Shown: positions 1-10,798 of the stretch, piece after piece
Position numbering within the stretch: the first letter of the stretch is position 1
Layout: every line of letters starts with the position of its first letter
Assembly (NCBI GenBank): GCA_035193785.1
Contig: CP136572.1
Location: 992,001-1,056,000 of the forward strand
DNA length: 64,000 nucleotides
Source of the DNA: Planktothrix sp. GU0601_MAG3
Lineage (GTDB): Bacteria > Cyanobacteriota > Cyanobacteriia > Cyanobacteriales > Microcoleaceae
Reading direction: 5' to 3'
Notes under the pieces: generated by a model
Database searches by the model: none
Told to the model about the DNA's origin: nothing
The model's input: only the letters and a program-made list of their open reading frames with translations
Made by a program: the position numbers and the translations under genes

Positions 1-556
1 CACAGCTTTTTCTATATAATAAAATTTGTTGTTTTTCCAATTCTAATTGCTCCACCTCGCTTTCAAGCTGATATTGACTGACAACGGCATCTAAGGCCTC
101 TAATAATTGACCTGAAGCCGCCATCAGAATCAATTTCAGATCCAAATTATCTAATTCCCAATTCTGATCTGGTGTATTTAACAGGGATTTAACCGCAGCA
201 ATATAATCGTGAACCTGTTGATCTAAGTTATAGGGAGGTAGATAATATATTTCATGAATAGCAGGGGATAAATCAGAGCGTAAACCGTGATTAAACTGAC
301 CAGAAATCAACATTTGATGGGATTCTTCAAAACTTTGGAGATTCCCTTTTAAAATCGTGATCATTTGCTCCCGTTCTGCCAAATTTTTATAATTAACTAA
401 CTGCAAACAAAATAAAGCAATTCGTTGGGATAACATTCGTTGACGACCACTGACATTAATCACCGCCGCACTGATATTTTGAACTGCATGAATCTCATCG
501 AGATTAAAATAATCATCAATCTTCATCATAGCTAACTGTTCCTCACTCGCTAACAT
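1..556 (-). CDS. Partial sensor protein with a NarX/PilJ-type N-terminal domain, probably a histidine kinase; runs off the window start
   Basis: Manual translation MLASEEQLAMMKIDDYFNLDEIHAVQNISAAVINVSGRQRMLSQRIALFCLQ...; the INxSGRQRMLSQR P-box-like motif is typical of NarX/PilJ-N sensor domains. Not in the ORF track because it is truncated. Confidence 0.75.
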   Translation of the reverse strand, partial: MLASEEQLAMMKIDDYFNLDEIHAVQNISAAVINVSGRQRMLSQRIALFCLQLVNYKNLAEREQMITILKGNLQSFEESHQMLISGQFNHGLRSDLSPAIHEIYYLPPYNLDQQVHDYIAAVKSLLNTPDQNWELDNLDLKLILMAASGQLLEALDAVVSQYQLESEVEQLELEKQQILLYRKSC

Positions 557-640
557 ATTGGTTATATCCTTGAATTAACTAAACAAAGACTAATCCTGAT
601 TCCCTATATACTAATTGTCTAAACTTATGGATATATTATT

Positions 641-656
641 TGTATCGATTATTACA
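641..656. promoter_or_regulatory. Putative NtcA binding site
   Basis: TGTA-tcgattat-TACA is a perfect GTA-N8-TAC with flanking T/A, about 85 bp upstream of the sensor gene ATG. Confidence 0.6.
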
Positions 657-763
657 CCGACCTAGGGGAGATTTCTTCTCCCTAAAAATAAAATAGAGTT
701 TAGAACGATAGCTGGAGACAAGTTCTAAACCCTATTCAAAGTTAAATTACTTCTGGCTGGAGG

Positions 764-1076
764 TTACGGTTTTTTGATTTCCCGGGCAATATTGCGATAC
801 ATATCCATACTGCTGTCAGCCCGACGGCGTTTCCGTTTTGCTGGATGCTTCCTCAGCAACAGTATTAGAAGCGGTTGAAGAACTCTGTGCCTTGGCTTTG
901 GTGGATTTAGGGGCCTCAACTTCAACGGGAAAGGTCTTTTTCACCGGAGGTAAATTATTGAATCTGTCCATATCCCCCAGACCCTGGGCCGCATTACCGT
1001 CGAGATAGAAACCACTTCCGGTTTCCTCTTGGGGTTTAGAATCTCCTTTTTTGCCAAACAAACCGAATAATGCCAT
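764..1076 (-). CDS. Conserved cyanobacterial hypothetical protein (one frameshift)
   Basis: ORF 816..1076 plus another frame reading KRKRRRADSSMDMYRNIAREIKKP* ending at 764; GGGAGG RBS upstream. Confidence 0.65.
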
Positions 1077-1119
1077 GTTGCCCTCCCGCTAATTTGAATT
1101 GTGAATAGTTTTAAGTTTT

Positions 1120-1300
1120 TTGACACTCCCTGTGCCTAAAGGCGTGGGGATTCTTTGTTCACAGAGCTAACTTACTCGAACAGGATTTATCCAGCCTGAG
1201 CAGAGGTCAATTCTCCCAAAGCGTTGCTTGCGTGCTTCGCAAAAGTTCCCGTATGCCCTACGGTACTCAATCCTCGACTAAGGATATTTCTAGCTGCATT
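1120..1300 (-). ncRNA. Putative TnpB omega/reRNA scaffold (boundaries approximate)
   Basis: Inferred from the established IS605 architecture: the scaffold overlaps the tnpB 3' end and the right-end hairpin up to TCAA. Confidence 0.45.
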
Positions 1301-2352
1301 TTCATCTCTATCCATGACACAACCACACCTACAAACATGGGATAAGAGTGGATAGCGTTTTCTTAACAATTTCACCGCAGCTAGAGCATTCTTGGCTGGT
1401 ATATTGCGGATTTACCGCCACCGTGACTCTTTCAAATACTTTACCAAAATATTCAATCCAGACACGAAACTGATACCAAGATGCGTCATTAATAGACTTA
1501 GCTAAACAATGATTTTTTACCAGATTTTTAATCCTCAAATCTTCGTAAGCTATCAAGTCGTTAGACTGAACTACGCACCGTGCTGATTTCACAGCATGGT
1601 CTTCACGTTGCCTACTTATTTTAAGGTGGCGTTTCCCTAAAATCTGTCTAGCTTTGCCTCGATTTTTTGAACCTTTGACTTTTCTGGAAATCCGACGGTG
1701 TGAACTTTTAAGAACCTTTTCCCCTTTACGGAGAAATTTAGGATTCTCAACCATTACACCATTAGAGTCGGTGTAGTATTCCTTCAACCCCACATCTAAT
1801 CCTATCGTATTTCCAGAAGGCTTTGTATTTTCTTTCCGGTCAACATCGACACAGAACTGAACGTACACGCCGTCTGCACGTTTTACTAATCTTACCCGTT
1901 TTATTTGGCTAATTTGGTAAAAGTGTAAGTCGCGTGTGCCTTTTAACTTGAGTTTACCAATGTTTTTTTTATCGGTAAACTTTATGGATTTTCTGTCATC
2001 TGCAAGTTTCCAACCCGTTGATTTATACTCAACAGAACGGCAGTTTCTCTGGAATTGGGGATATCCTTTTTTCCCAGGAATTGACTTTTTGCAGTTCTCG
2101 TAAAAACGGGAAATAGCAGACCAGGCTCGTTCGGCACGCTTATTGTCTAGCTTGAGAATTGAGTTCATTAGCAAACGGAAAATTCTTGGCAAGCACGGCG
2201 CAATATTTGTTTAGATCATACTTATCTATTTTTTTATTATCCATCCAATAGCGTAAACAGCTATTGCGGACAAATTGTGCTGTACGAATCGCTTCATTTA
2301 CTGCTTCAATCTGACTGGCTTTTCCGTAAGTTTTGAACTCAAACACTAACAT
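1187..2352 (-). CDS. tnpB: RNA-guided endonuclease TnpB with two frameshifts (pseudogene or assembly error)
   Basis: ORFs 2140..2352, 1329..2192 and 1187..1375 join into TnpB: RuvC GLDVG, YEDL and DRDENAARNIL motifs; Zn-finger CSSCG...CRCGC. Confidence 0.88.
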
Positions 2353-2562
2353 TGCCTGACCTCTCGCCCGATTTCTTATACTATATTTTTTAGCACAAGA
2401 TGGGCTGATATTTTAACAAAGGTTTACAATAAAAAGCCGTCGTTCTACGACGGGGTTTTAAACCCATTTTTCCGATAACATTTTATCAGAAATTGTCTTT
2501 AATCTCTATTTGTTGTTGTTGCTAAAGCCCGAGAATTTAGCGGGCTAAAGCCCAACAACGAA

Positions 2563-5162
2563 TTAAGGACAATTATGTGACTGAAGCAGAGCTAAAACTT
2601 TCTTAACACCTTCGGGGAAAATCACCACCAAACTACCGGGAGTCGCTTCCCCCAGAGCAGTTTCAATCGCTTGTACTTCTTCGAGAATAACCTCGTAGTC
2701 AAAATCAGGATTTTCCTGTTTAACCCCAATTTCAATAAATTTGGCCACATCTCCCCGGGGACAGCCGCGATTATCCTCATCTTCCTTAATAATAATCCGC
2801 TCGAACATTTGGGCTGCTAATCGTCCTAATTCGATAAAATCCTCTGGGCGACGGTCGCCGGGGGCGCAGACCACCCCAATCCGTTTACCATCGGGCCAAT
2901 TGCGAACAAACTCCAGAATCGCTTGGAAACTGGCACGGTTATGGGCATAATCGAGTAAAACGTGGAAAGACTGATAAGGGATTAAATTCATCCGTCCGGG
3001 GGTTTGTTTCCACCGACATTTCAAATGTCCGTAAAGCCTGACTAATCTGCTCAATGGTCACCCCCTGGATGTATGCGGCCAAACTGGCGGCCAAGGCATT
3101 GGCAATCATAAACGGAGCTAAACCCCGTAAGGTGAGGGGCACATTCGCCATCTGTTCCACTCGAATTGTTTGATCGGCTTTTAAAAAGGATAAATAACCC
3201 GATTCATAAATCGCAGCCACTCCCCCTTGGGCAACGTGTTCAATCACAATCCGGTTATCGGGGTTCATGGAAAAATAAGCCACTTTCGCCTTTACCTGTG
3301 ATGCCATAGCCACCACTAAAGGATCATCGGCATTTAACACCGCATACTTAGTTGCCGCCCTTGCCACAACGCTTTTTACATCGGCCATCTCCTCAACGCT
3401 GTTGATATCCTGTAACCCGAGATGGTCTTCGGAAACATTCAACACCACTCCCACATCACAGCCACTAAACCCTAATCCTGAGCGGAGAATCCCCCCCCGA
3501 GCCGCTTCTAATACCGCCAGTTCCACGGTGGGATCATTTAAAATCAAAGCCGCACTTTGAGGCCCGGTATTATCTCCGGCTTCTGCCAGAAAGTCTCCGA
3601 TATAAGTACCATCAGTAGTGGTAAAACCCACAACTTTTTTGGTTTCTTTTAGGATGTGGGCAATTAAACGGGTGGTAGTAGTTTTACCATTGGTTCCGGT
3701 AATGGCGGTAATCGGGATCTGACTGGAGGTTCCAGGGGGATAAAGCATATCCACAATCGGCACTGCCACGTTTCGGGGTGTGCCTTCATTTGGGTGAATG
3801 TGCATCCGCAACCCGGGGGCGGCGTTAACTTCCACAATCACCCCATCCACTTCTCGCAGGGGGCGACTGATATCGGGGGTGGTAATATCAATTCCGGCAA
3901 TATCTAGGCCGATAATTTGGGCGGCGCGTTCAGCAATCCAAATATTTTCCGGGTGAATTTCATCGGTTTTATCAATGGCAATGCCCCCCGTACTTAAATT
4001 AGCCGTAGCTTTGAGATAACAAATTTCCCCTTTTCTGGGAATACTTTCTAAGCGATAGCCCTGGTGTTTTAAAATATCAATGCTTTGGCGATCAATTTCA
4101 ATCCGAGTTAACATATTTTCGTGACCACTACCCCGACGAGGATCACGGTTTGTATCTTCCACTAATTCTGCTAAATTTGAACGACCATCCCCCAGAACAT
4201 GGGCGGGAACTCGTTGCGCCACCGCCACTAATTTTCCGTTTACTACTAATACCCGATAATCATTTCCTTTATAGTAGCGTTCAACAATGATAGTGCCAAT
4301 TTTTGACTCACTTTTAGCCATTTCATAGGCCATTTCTGCCTCATGCCAGGTTTGAATATCAAGGGTAATACCTCGACCATGATTCCCGTCTAGGGGTTTT
4401 AAAACAATCGGAAATCCGCCAATATCATCAATAGCTTTTTCTAAATCATCTAAACTATCAATTACAGTTTCCCTTGGGCACGGGCAAACGGGCTGCATCC
4501 AGGAGGGTTTTAGTGCCTTCCTTATCTCCCGCAAATTCAATACCTAAAATACTGGTACCATCGGTTTGGGAGGCTTGAATTCGTCGTTGTTTTTTGCCAT
4601 AACCGAGTTGAATTACATGGCGGGCGGGTAATTCTTTCCAGGGAATGCCACGGGCTTCGGCTTCTTGAACAATGGCCTGCGTTGTCGGGCCTAGTTGAGC
4701 CCCTAAGAAAATTTCTTGTAAGTCCTCTAAATCATGTCGCAGTTCGGTTTCAGGGTAAAATCCATCATCAATTAAACGATGACATAATCTGACCGCAGCC
4801 CTAGAGGCATAGCGTCCCGCCTCTGGGATTTTATATTGAAAGATCACTCTATGGACTCCGGGTTGGGAACTCCCACGGGTACAGCCGAAATCCACGGGCA
4901 TTCCGGCTAATCTTTGCAACTCTAGGACAATTTGTAGAATCACATCACTCATCAAAATTCCTCTTTGGAGACTTGTCAGGAAATCTTGATATTTTGGTTG
5001 AGTTAAATGGGGTAAAATTTCGCAAAGTCCCTCGGAGAAATTGGGAATTTCATGGGTGTAGCGATTATCTTTTTCTAAATCGAGATAAATAATAATCAGA
5101 TTGTGAACATCAATACTCCAATAATTAGGCCCTGATAGGGTTTGAGTTTTTATAATTTTCAT
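2563..5162 (-). CDS. cphA: Cyanophycin synthetase, full-length CphA1-type paralog (two frameshifts)
   Basis: GPNYWS N-terminus, ATP-grasp motifs KPLDGNHGRGIT and EVNAAPGLRMH, Mur-ligase motifs ITGTNGKTTT and DYAHN; three overlapping ORFs. Confidence 0.9.
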
Positions 5163-5420
5163 TGGTATTCTCTCCTAAACTCATGGATGCGGTCATTTCA
5201 GCAATTCAACATCGGGATAAATTATCCCACAATCTGAGAATATATAAACACCAAAACTCCTGAAATTGGGTCAAGGATCAAAAACTTAAGGAAAACATTA
5301 GATAAAGATTAATAGAAATATATAGCAACCCGCGCTGAGGTTGTAATATTTTAATCTGGTGAGTCCTGAAGGGCTGACTACTATATAAAATATCCTAATT
5401 AAGATAGTCTGTTTTATTAA

Positions 5421-5522
5421 TAGGACTCACGCACAAGACCCAAGAAACAAGGTTTCTGGATCTGATTTTGCGGATGAAAACCAGATTTCTCGTTTAGAAA
5501 CCCGGTTTCTGCGTAAGTCCTA
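5421..5522. mobile_element. MITE with AGGACTTACGCA-type terminal inverted repeats
   Basis: TAGGACTCACGCA...TGCGTAAGTCCTA; flanks ATTAA/ATTGA; internal AGAAAC...GTTTCT palindromes. Confidence 0.7.
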
Positions 5523-5769
5523 ATTGATCAACTGAAACATACCATTAAACCATTAAGACTCAGACCTATCTGTCTAATATCTAATAAATATTGACAAATT
5601 TTAAGTTTTGTGATAGTCTGGCGGGGATTTACAGCCATTCTAAAAATTGCAAAAAATTTCTTGGCAATAGAGATCAGATTCGGCTCTACAAATGATATAA
5701 AAATATCAATAAAATAGCTGTATCATCAATAAATCGAGGTTAACGATTTACGGACATAAGGAGCGATCA

Positions 5770-6945
5770 ATGGCTCAAAAAACGATGAATAAAACCCAAT
5801 TGGAATTCTCAGAAGTTCCGATCGCTAAAGCACCGATATCGGTAGAAGCCTATGCCGATGAACTGATGGACGACATCTTTGCCGATGTGGATCGGGTGAT
5901 CCAGGGACAATCTCGGCTCCCCAAAGAAGCAGTGAAACCGGAATTTGTCTCCCTCAAATCGATTAAAGTCCCTCAAATTATTCTACCTCCGATGCCACGG
6001 GAGGAGGTGGAAGACCCAGACAAATTAAGGGATGCGAGTGTGAAAAAATCCGCTCCCTCCTTGGATCGGATTCTATTAATTGCGGCCTTTTCCTCATTAT
6101 TTATTACTCTATTATTATGGTTAGCTACCCGGGGTGGCTTGGGGCGTTTATTTGCCCCGGAACCGGTGGCGGTGTCCCCCGAACCCGTCTTAGATGCTAA
6201 GACAAAAGCGGATATTCAATTTTCCAATTATATTGAGCGATCGCTAACCAATATTGAACAACAGAATCAACAAACTGGTTTAGGCTTGCCCCTGTTACCC
6301 CCGCCCGTGGCGAACGCCCCCTTACCGACCCTACCCGTTCCGGGGACTCCCCCCGTGGCGACCGTGGCGACCGTGGTGGATACCAATAACCTCGTCGCCG
6401 CCATTAACCGGGTGGCTGGGGCGATCCAGGATGCCTCAAATCAAACCGCCTCTCTGTCCCAACAGGTGATGAACAGCTTGGCCAAGGGACAACAAACCCC
6501 GCCCCCCGCACCTGCTCCGGTTGCGGTTCCCGGTGGCAGGGGTTCGGGTTCTGTCCCCGCAACGGCCCCCAAAACCCCGGCTTCCGCCCCCACCACCCAA
6601 TCCAAACCCGCCACACCAACCCAAGTCACTCCCGCCACCCCTCAAGCTCGGCAGGAAGTCCCAGCAGGCGTTCCATTACCCCCCCCGCCTGCGGTGACGG
6701 AAACGCCCGCAGAACAGCCAACGGCAGTTAATCCAGCACCCGTAACCGCCCATACCTTAGTCGGAATTTTGGAATTGGGCGATCGCTCCGCGGCTCTGTT
6801 TGAAATTAATGGGGTGGCCCGTCGGATTTATGTGGGTGAAACCATTGGCGCGAGTGGTTGGTCACTGGTGGAAGTGGTGAACCAGGAGGCCGTGATTCGC
6901 CGGAATGGGGAAGTTAAAACAATCTTTGTAGGACAACAATTCTAA
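5770..6945 (+). CDS. Single-TM Pro-rich protein with a GspC/PilP-like C-terminal beta domain
   Basis: TM helix, Pro/Ala/Thr linker, C-terminal LVGILELGDRSAALFEING...GETIG..GWSLVEV pattern. Confidence 0.6.
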   Translation: MAQKTMNKTQLEFSEVPIAKAPISVEAYADELMDDIFADVDRVIQGQSRLPKEAVKPEFVSLKSIKVPQIILPPMPREEVEDPDKLRDASVKKSAPSLDRILLIAAFSSLFITLLLWLATRGGLGRLFAPEPVAVSPEPVLDAKTKADIQFSNYIERSLTNIEQQNQQTGLGLPLLPPPVANAPLPTLPVPGTPPVATVATVVDTNNLVAAINRVAGAIQDASNQTASLSQQVMNSLAKGQQTPPPAPAPVAVPGGRGSGSVPATAPKTPASAPTTQSKPATPTQVTPATPQARQEVPAGVPLPPPPAVTETPAEQPTAVNPAPVTAHTLVGILELGDRSAALFEINGVARRIYVGETIGASGWSLVEVVNQEAVIRRNGEVKTIFVGQQF

Positions 6946-7024
6946 ATTGGTTGCTCCAGTTAATATTGGGAGAGAGACGCGCCGTGGCACGTCTCTACTG
7001 TTCTTTTCTATTGAATATTTAATT

Positions 7025-7619
7025 ATGGGTTTATTTGAAGATTTTAGTCGCTTTCTGGAGACTCGCTTAGAGGAGTTTCTCAAGGATAATCCCCACTTAG
7101 AATTGCAAGCTTTGGAAGAACAATTACGCGAACAGGAGGAGGATACTTTACGATTAATTGCTGATTTGAGCCGAGAGGAAAAAAAGCTACAAGCGGAAAT
7201 TTTAGCGGTGGCTCAAGATGTCCAGAAATGGCATCAATGGGTGCAAAAAGCCCAAGCAGCTAATCGTTTCAGATTTAGCAGAGGCGGCTCAAGAACGGGA
7301 GGCGGTATTTTTGCGTCAAGGGAATCAACTTTGGGGACAAATGCAGGGAGTAAAAGAACGGATTCAAAAATCTAAAGAAGTCTATTATCAAGTTCAAGAA
7401 CGTCACAAAGAAGTTAAAGTTAAAGCCGCAGAGGTGGAAGCTAACCGTGCGAAATCAAAAGCTCAACAAAATCCTCAAAATTCCCGGGAAACTCAAGGTT
7501 GGAATCAGAGTAAATCCTATGGTAGTTCTAATGCTTTTAATGATTCCTTAGAGGCGAAATTTAAACAATGGGAAACGGACGAAGAATTAGAACAGTTGAA
7601 ACGAAATATGGGACGTTAG
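7025..7619 (+). CDS. TIGR04376-family PspA-like coiled-coil protein (one frameshift)
   Basis: MGLFEDFSRFLETRLEEFLKDNPHLELQALEEQL N-terminus and FKQWETDEELEQLKRNMGR C-terminus in overlapping ORFs. Confidence 0.75.
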
Positions 7620-7623
7620 AATT

Positions 7624-8211
7624 TTATGCTTCTGAGGTTTCAAAGTTCACTTGTTCATAAATATCGGTTAAATTAATGGAAAAATCAATGGTACTTAATG
7701 TTAGAATAGAATCCGCCGACTCATAAAAATTAACTTGCCATTTTCCCGTTTCTGATTTGATAAATTGTTCAACGGAATATTGATATTGATCGATTAAAAT
7801 ATATTCTTGAAATTCGGAAATAGAACGATAATACTTGAATTTATCTCCGCGATCGTAACTTCCCGTTGATTGAGATAAAACTTCCACAATGACTAAGGGA
7901 TTTAAAACCGTATCCGTGCGGTTTTCGTGATAAATAACATCCCCTTTAATTACCATTAAATCGGGATAGGTATATAACCGATAATCAGGTATCCATAGAC
8001 GGACATCCCCAATAAATAATCTATATTTTTGACCTCTTAATGCTAATTTGAGTTGAAAGTAAGCGTTTCCAGCAATTTGATTATGATTAGTAGTTCCTCC
8101 AGTTATAGGAATAATATCTCCGTCTCGATATTCATGTTTAAATTCTGCGGTTTCTTCGAGTTGGAAATACTCCTCTGGAGAATAGGGTCGAGGTTTCACT
8201 TGCATAACCAT
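7624..8211 (-). CDS. Uma2-family (DUF820) endonuclease
   Basis: KHEYRDG, YPDLMV and VEVLSQST..YDRGDKF motifs. Confidence 0.9.
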   Translation of the reverse strand: MVMQVKPRPYSPEEYFQLEETAEFKHEYRDGDIIPITGGTTNHNQIAGNAYFQLKLALRGQKYRLFIGDVRLWIPDYRLYTYPDLMVIKGDVIYHENRTDTVLNPLVIVEVLSQSTGSYDRGDKFKYYRSISEFQEYILIDQYQYSVEQFIKSETGKWQVNFYESADSILTLSTIDFSINLTDIYEQVNFETSEA

Positions 8212-8251
8212 ATTATTCTCCTACTTAGATCACATCCTTTTATTATATAGC

Positions 8252-9004
8252 CTATTCTGGCAAAATTTTAATCTCAAGATTAATCTTTTCTTGCCATTCT
8301 CGAATATAAACTAACAACCCATACATAAACACAATTACTCCCATCATTTCCATAATTTCCTCGACAATAGCTACTAAGGAATAAATCAGAGTTTGTTGAT
8401 GGTAATAAAACGCCACAACACTCCCGACCATTTCCATAAATAATGCTCCGCCAATATATAAAGACGCTGCTAAAATAAAATTATAACGGGTTTTTCTGGG
8501 AAGATGTAACCAAAATTTCCAATATTTACGCAGGAAAATTACTACTAAAATTATTCCCGGAATTACCCACATCGAACGTAAAAAAGGCGGTAAATTTAAC
8601 CCTTTAGCAATATCAGGAATAATTAAAATTTCATGGATGGTAGCTACTTCATCAACAGCAAATAACCAAAAAATAATCGATAACCATTTCCATTGTTGAA
8701 AATAACGATATTTTACCGAAGCATGATCATCAGGATCAATTAAGGAGTTTTGTTGTTCAAGTTCAGCTTGTTTTGCAGAAGCGATCGCCCCTAATAACCA
8801 AGCACAAAACGCCAACATAAACGCACTAAACCAAGTAGGTAAATTCATCTCTCGATCAACATTAAACATCGCTGTCCAATCTTTTCGATAGTTAAATCCA
8901 AATCTACCAATTTGTACCAAAATACTCGTAAAGGTAAAAAATCCCACTCCCATCGTTAGACGTTTAGCTAATTTTAAGGGAGACAACGTTAGAGATAACT
9001 GCAT
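8252..9004 (-). CDS. Integral membrane protein
   Basis: Multiple TM segments; E.NLPTWFS and DE...IHE motifs; function unknown. Confidence 0.7.
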   Translation of the reverse strand: MQLSLTLSPLKLAKRLTMGVGFFTFTSILVQIGRFGFNYRKDWTAMFNVDREMNLPTWFSAFMLAFCAWLLGAIASAKQAELEQQNSLIDPDDHASVKYRYFQQWKWLSIIFWLFAVDEVATIHEILIIPDIAKGLNLPPFLRSMWVIPGIILVVIFLRKYWKFWLHLPRKTRYNFILAASLYIGGALFMEMVGSVVAFYYHQQTLIYSLVAIVEEIMEMMGVIVFMYGLLVYIREWQEKINLEIKILPE

Positions 9005-9045
9005 TTGAACTTATCCTATTTGATCAACCTCAAATCATAACCCAA

Positions 9046-10755
9046 CTATCGACAATAATATCGTCGATATCTATATCCATTAAACTTAGGTTGAGGACGG
9101 GGATCTTGTTGACACCGGAATTGGCTAAAATCCGTATTATCCTTTAAATTCACCGTCCATAACTCGAAGGGACGTTTGATTTTAGTTAAGGAATTTGCTA
9201 AAGCTGGAGAAGGATTATCGGTTTTTTTAACTAACATAAATTCAGGTAAATTTTTGGCTTTTTGACGCTTAAATTCTAATCCTAATCCCATCAAAGATCG
9301 AGTTTCTGCATGGGTTCGTTGGGTCATGGCAATGACAACGGGTGTTTGAGCTTCATTAATAATATAACTCGCCAAACGATCCGATCCTTGGGATTTTTGA
9401 AACCCATAATTTCCTCCTACTGTTAACGCACCCAAACATCCCATAATTAAGGTGACAATCACAATTTTTTTTCCGTTAGCTTGCAAAATAGGCGGAAGTG
9501 AAACCCAAGAATAATTAAGGGTTTTAGGTTGTTTCCAAATAACACCTAATCCCGAACCCAAAATTAAAATAAACACAGGAAAGTAAACAAATTGATATCT
9601 AGCCGCCAGGGATACGTCCTTTTGTAGTCCATAAATTATAATTAAAAATAGTGTCAGAATACTAATTAAAATACCGCCAAAAATTTGAGTTTCTAGTTGA
9701 GTTTCAGAGGATTGAAGATTCAACCTAATTCCTTGAATTATGCCCGGAGTAATCCAAACGAAAACCGTTAATAAAATTAATGCTGAAATTGCTGTTATAA
9801 TTATAGGAGTTCCTTCAATTGGTAATAGCAATATCTGGGTAATTAACCAGGCGAATAACCGAAATAAAGGCTCTATAAATCCTAATCCCTTAAATTGAGT
9901 TTCTATCCAGTCCGTGAGTTGATCATTAGGAATACTTTGTAAAATTGGAATCCAAACTAATCCACTAATTAATGTTCCGAATATTACGGCATAAATTCTT
10001 AACCAAGCTGTTCTAAAAAGTCCTAATTTATTTCGCCAATCCTTTAACCAAAATCCCGCTACAACCAACCCTTCTGCACCTAATAACACAATAAAAAAAT
10101 AGTGACTAGCTATTCCTAATCCATTCACAATAATCCAACCCATGACTTGAATGATAGATAGATATTTTTCTCCCTCTAAACTTCTAATTGCCTTGACTAA
10201 ATAGCCTAAAGATGCGATAATAAAAAGTATGGTTATTGTATAATGTCGGGCTTCCTGTGATAAATAAATGCCATAGGGAGAAATAGCTATTAACGCGGCG
10301 GTAATTTGAGCAAAAATTAAAGATCTAAAGGCAAAATAACTTAAACTAAAAATAGCCGGAATTGATAAAATCCCTAAAATAGAACTGAGCGATCGCGCCA
10401 CCGTTAAAGAAACTAATTCTCCCTCCTTAGAAAATAAATTCATCCAGAAATGATTCAGCAAAAAATATAACGGTGGATGGTTACTTTCACTGAATAAATG
10501 ATAAATAACATCCAATGGTTGACTAGCAGTTTTAAAGCGCAAAGGAGATAATAAAATATCCGCCGAAATAATTTGATCTAAAGGAATAGTTTTCAGACCG
10601 TGACCCAAACTAAACACTAAAGTGGAAATTTCAATACTCGATGCTGACTTATTTCCTAAACCCATAAATCTAAATAAAATTCCCAGTCCCACCCAAAACA
10701 ACAGTAAACCCGGATGAAACCATCGGTTATTCGTTATTTTAATCACTGAAAACAA
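9046..10755 (-). CDS. GT-C (family 39/PMT-like) membrane glycosyltransferase
   Basis: NHPPLYF, SQEARHY and ASHYF motifs; many TM helices. Confidence 0.8.
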   Translation of the reverse strand: MFSVIKITNNRWFHPGLLLFWVGLGILFRFMGLGNKSASSIEISTLVFSLGHGLKTIPLDQIISADILLSPLRFKTASQPLDVIYHLFSESNHPPLYFLLNHFWMNLFSKEGELVSLTVARSLSSILGILSIPAIFSLSYFAFRSLIFAQITAALIAISPYGIYLSQEARHYTITILFIIASLGYLVKAIRSLEGEKYLSIIQVMGWIIVNGLGIASHYFFIVLLGAEGLVVAGFWLKDWRNKLGLFRTAWLRIYAVIFGTLISGLVWIPILQSIPNDQLTDWIETQFKGLGFIEPLFRLFAWLITQILLLPIEGTPIIITAISALILLTVFVWITPGIIQGIRLNLQSSETQLETQIFGGILISILTLFLIIIYGLQKDVSLAARYQFVYFPVFILILGSGLGVIWKQPKTLNYSWVSLPPILQANGKKIVIVTLIMGCLGALTVGGNYGFQKSQGSDRLASYIINEAQTPVVIAMTQRTHAETRSLMGLGLEFKRQKAKNLPEFMLVKKTDNPSPALANSLTKIKRPFELWTVNLKDNTDFSQFRCQQDPRPQPKFNGYRYRRYYCR

Positions 10756-10798
10756 TCCTCACAAAAAGTAAACCCATATTATAGGAATAAATAATCCC

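Larger units (their letters stand above)
1120..2474 (-). mobile_element. IS200/IS605-family tnpB-only (IS1341-like) element
   Basis: Left-end hairpin CCGTCGT-agA-ACGACGG at 2437-2453; right-end hairpin terminating in TCAA (1120-1123 on the minus strand); contains tnpB and no tnpA. Confidence 0.8.

Noticed and set aside
6404..6645. Short antisense ORFs inside long genes (also 16923-17279, 24595-25062, 35130-35438 and others)
   Set aside because: Shadow frames of well-supported genes on the opposite strand.
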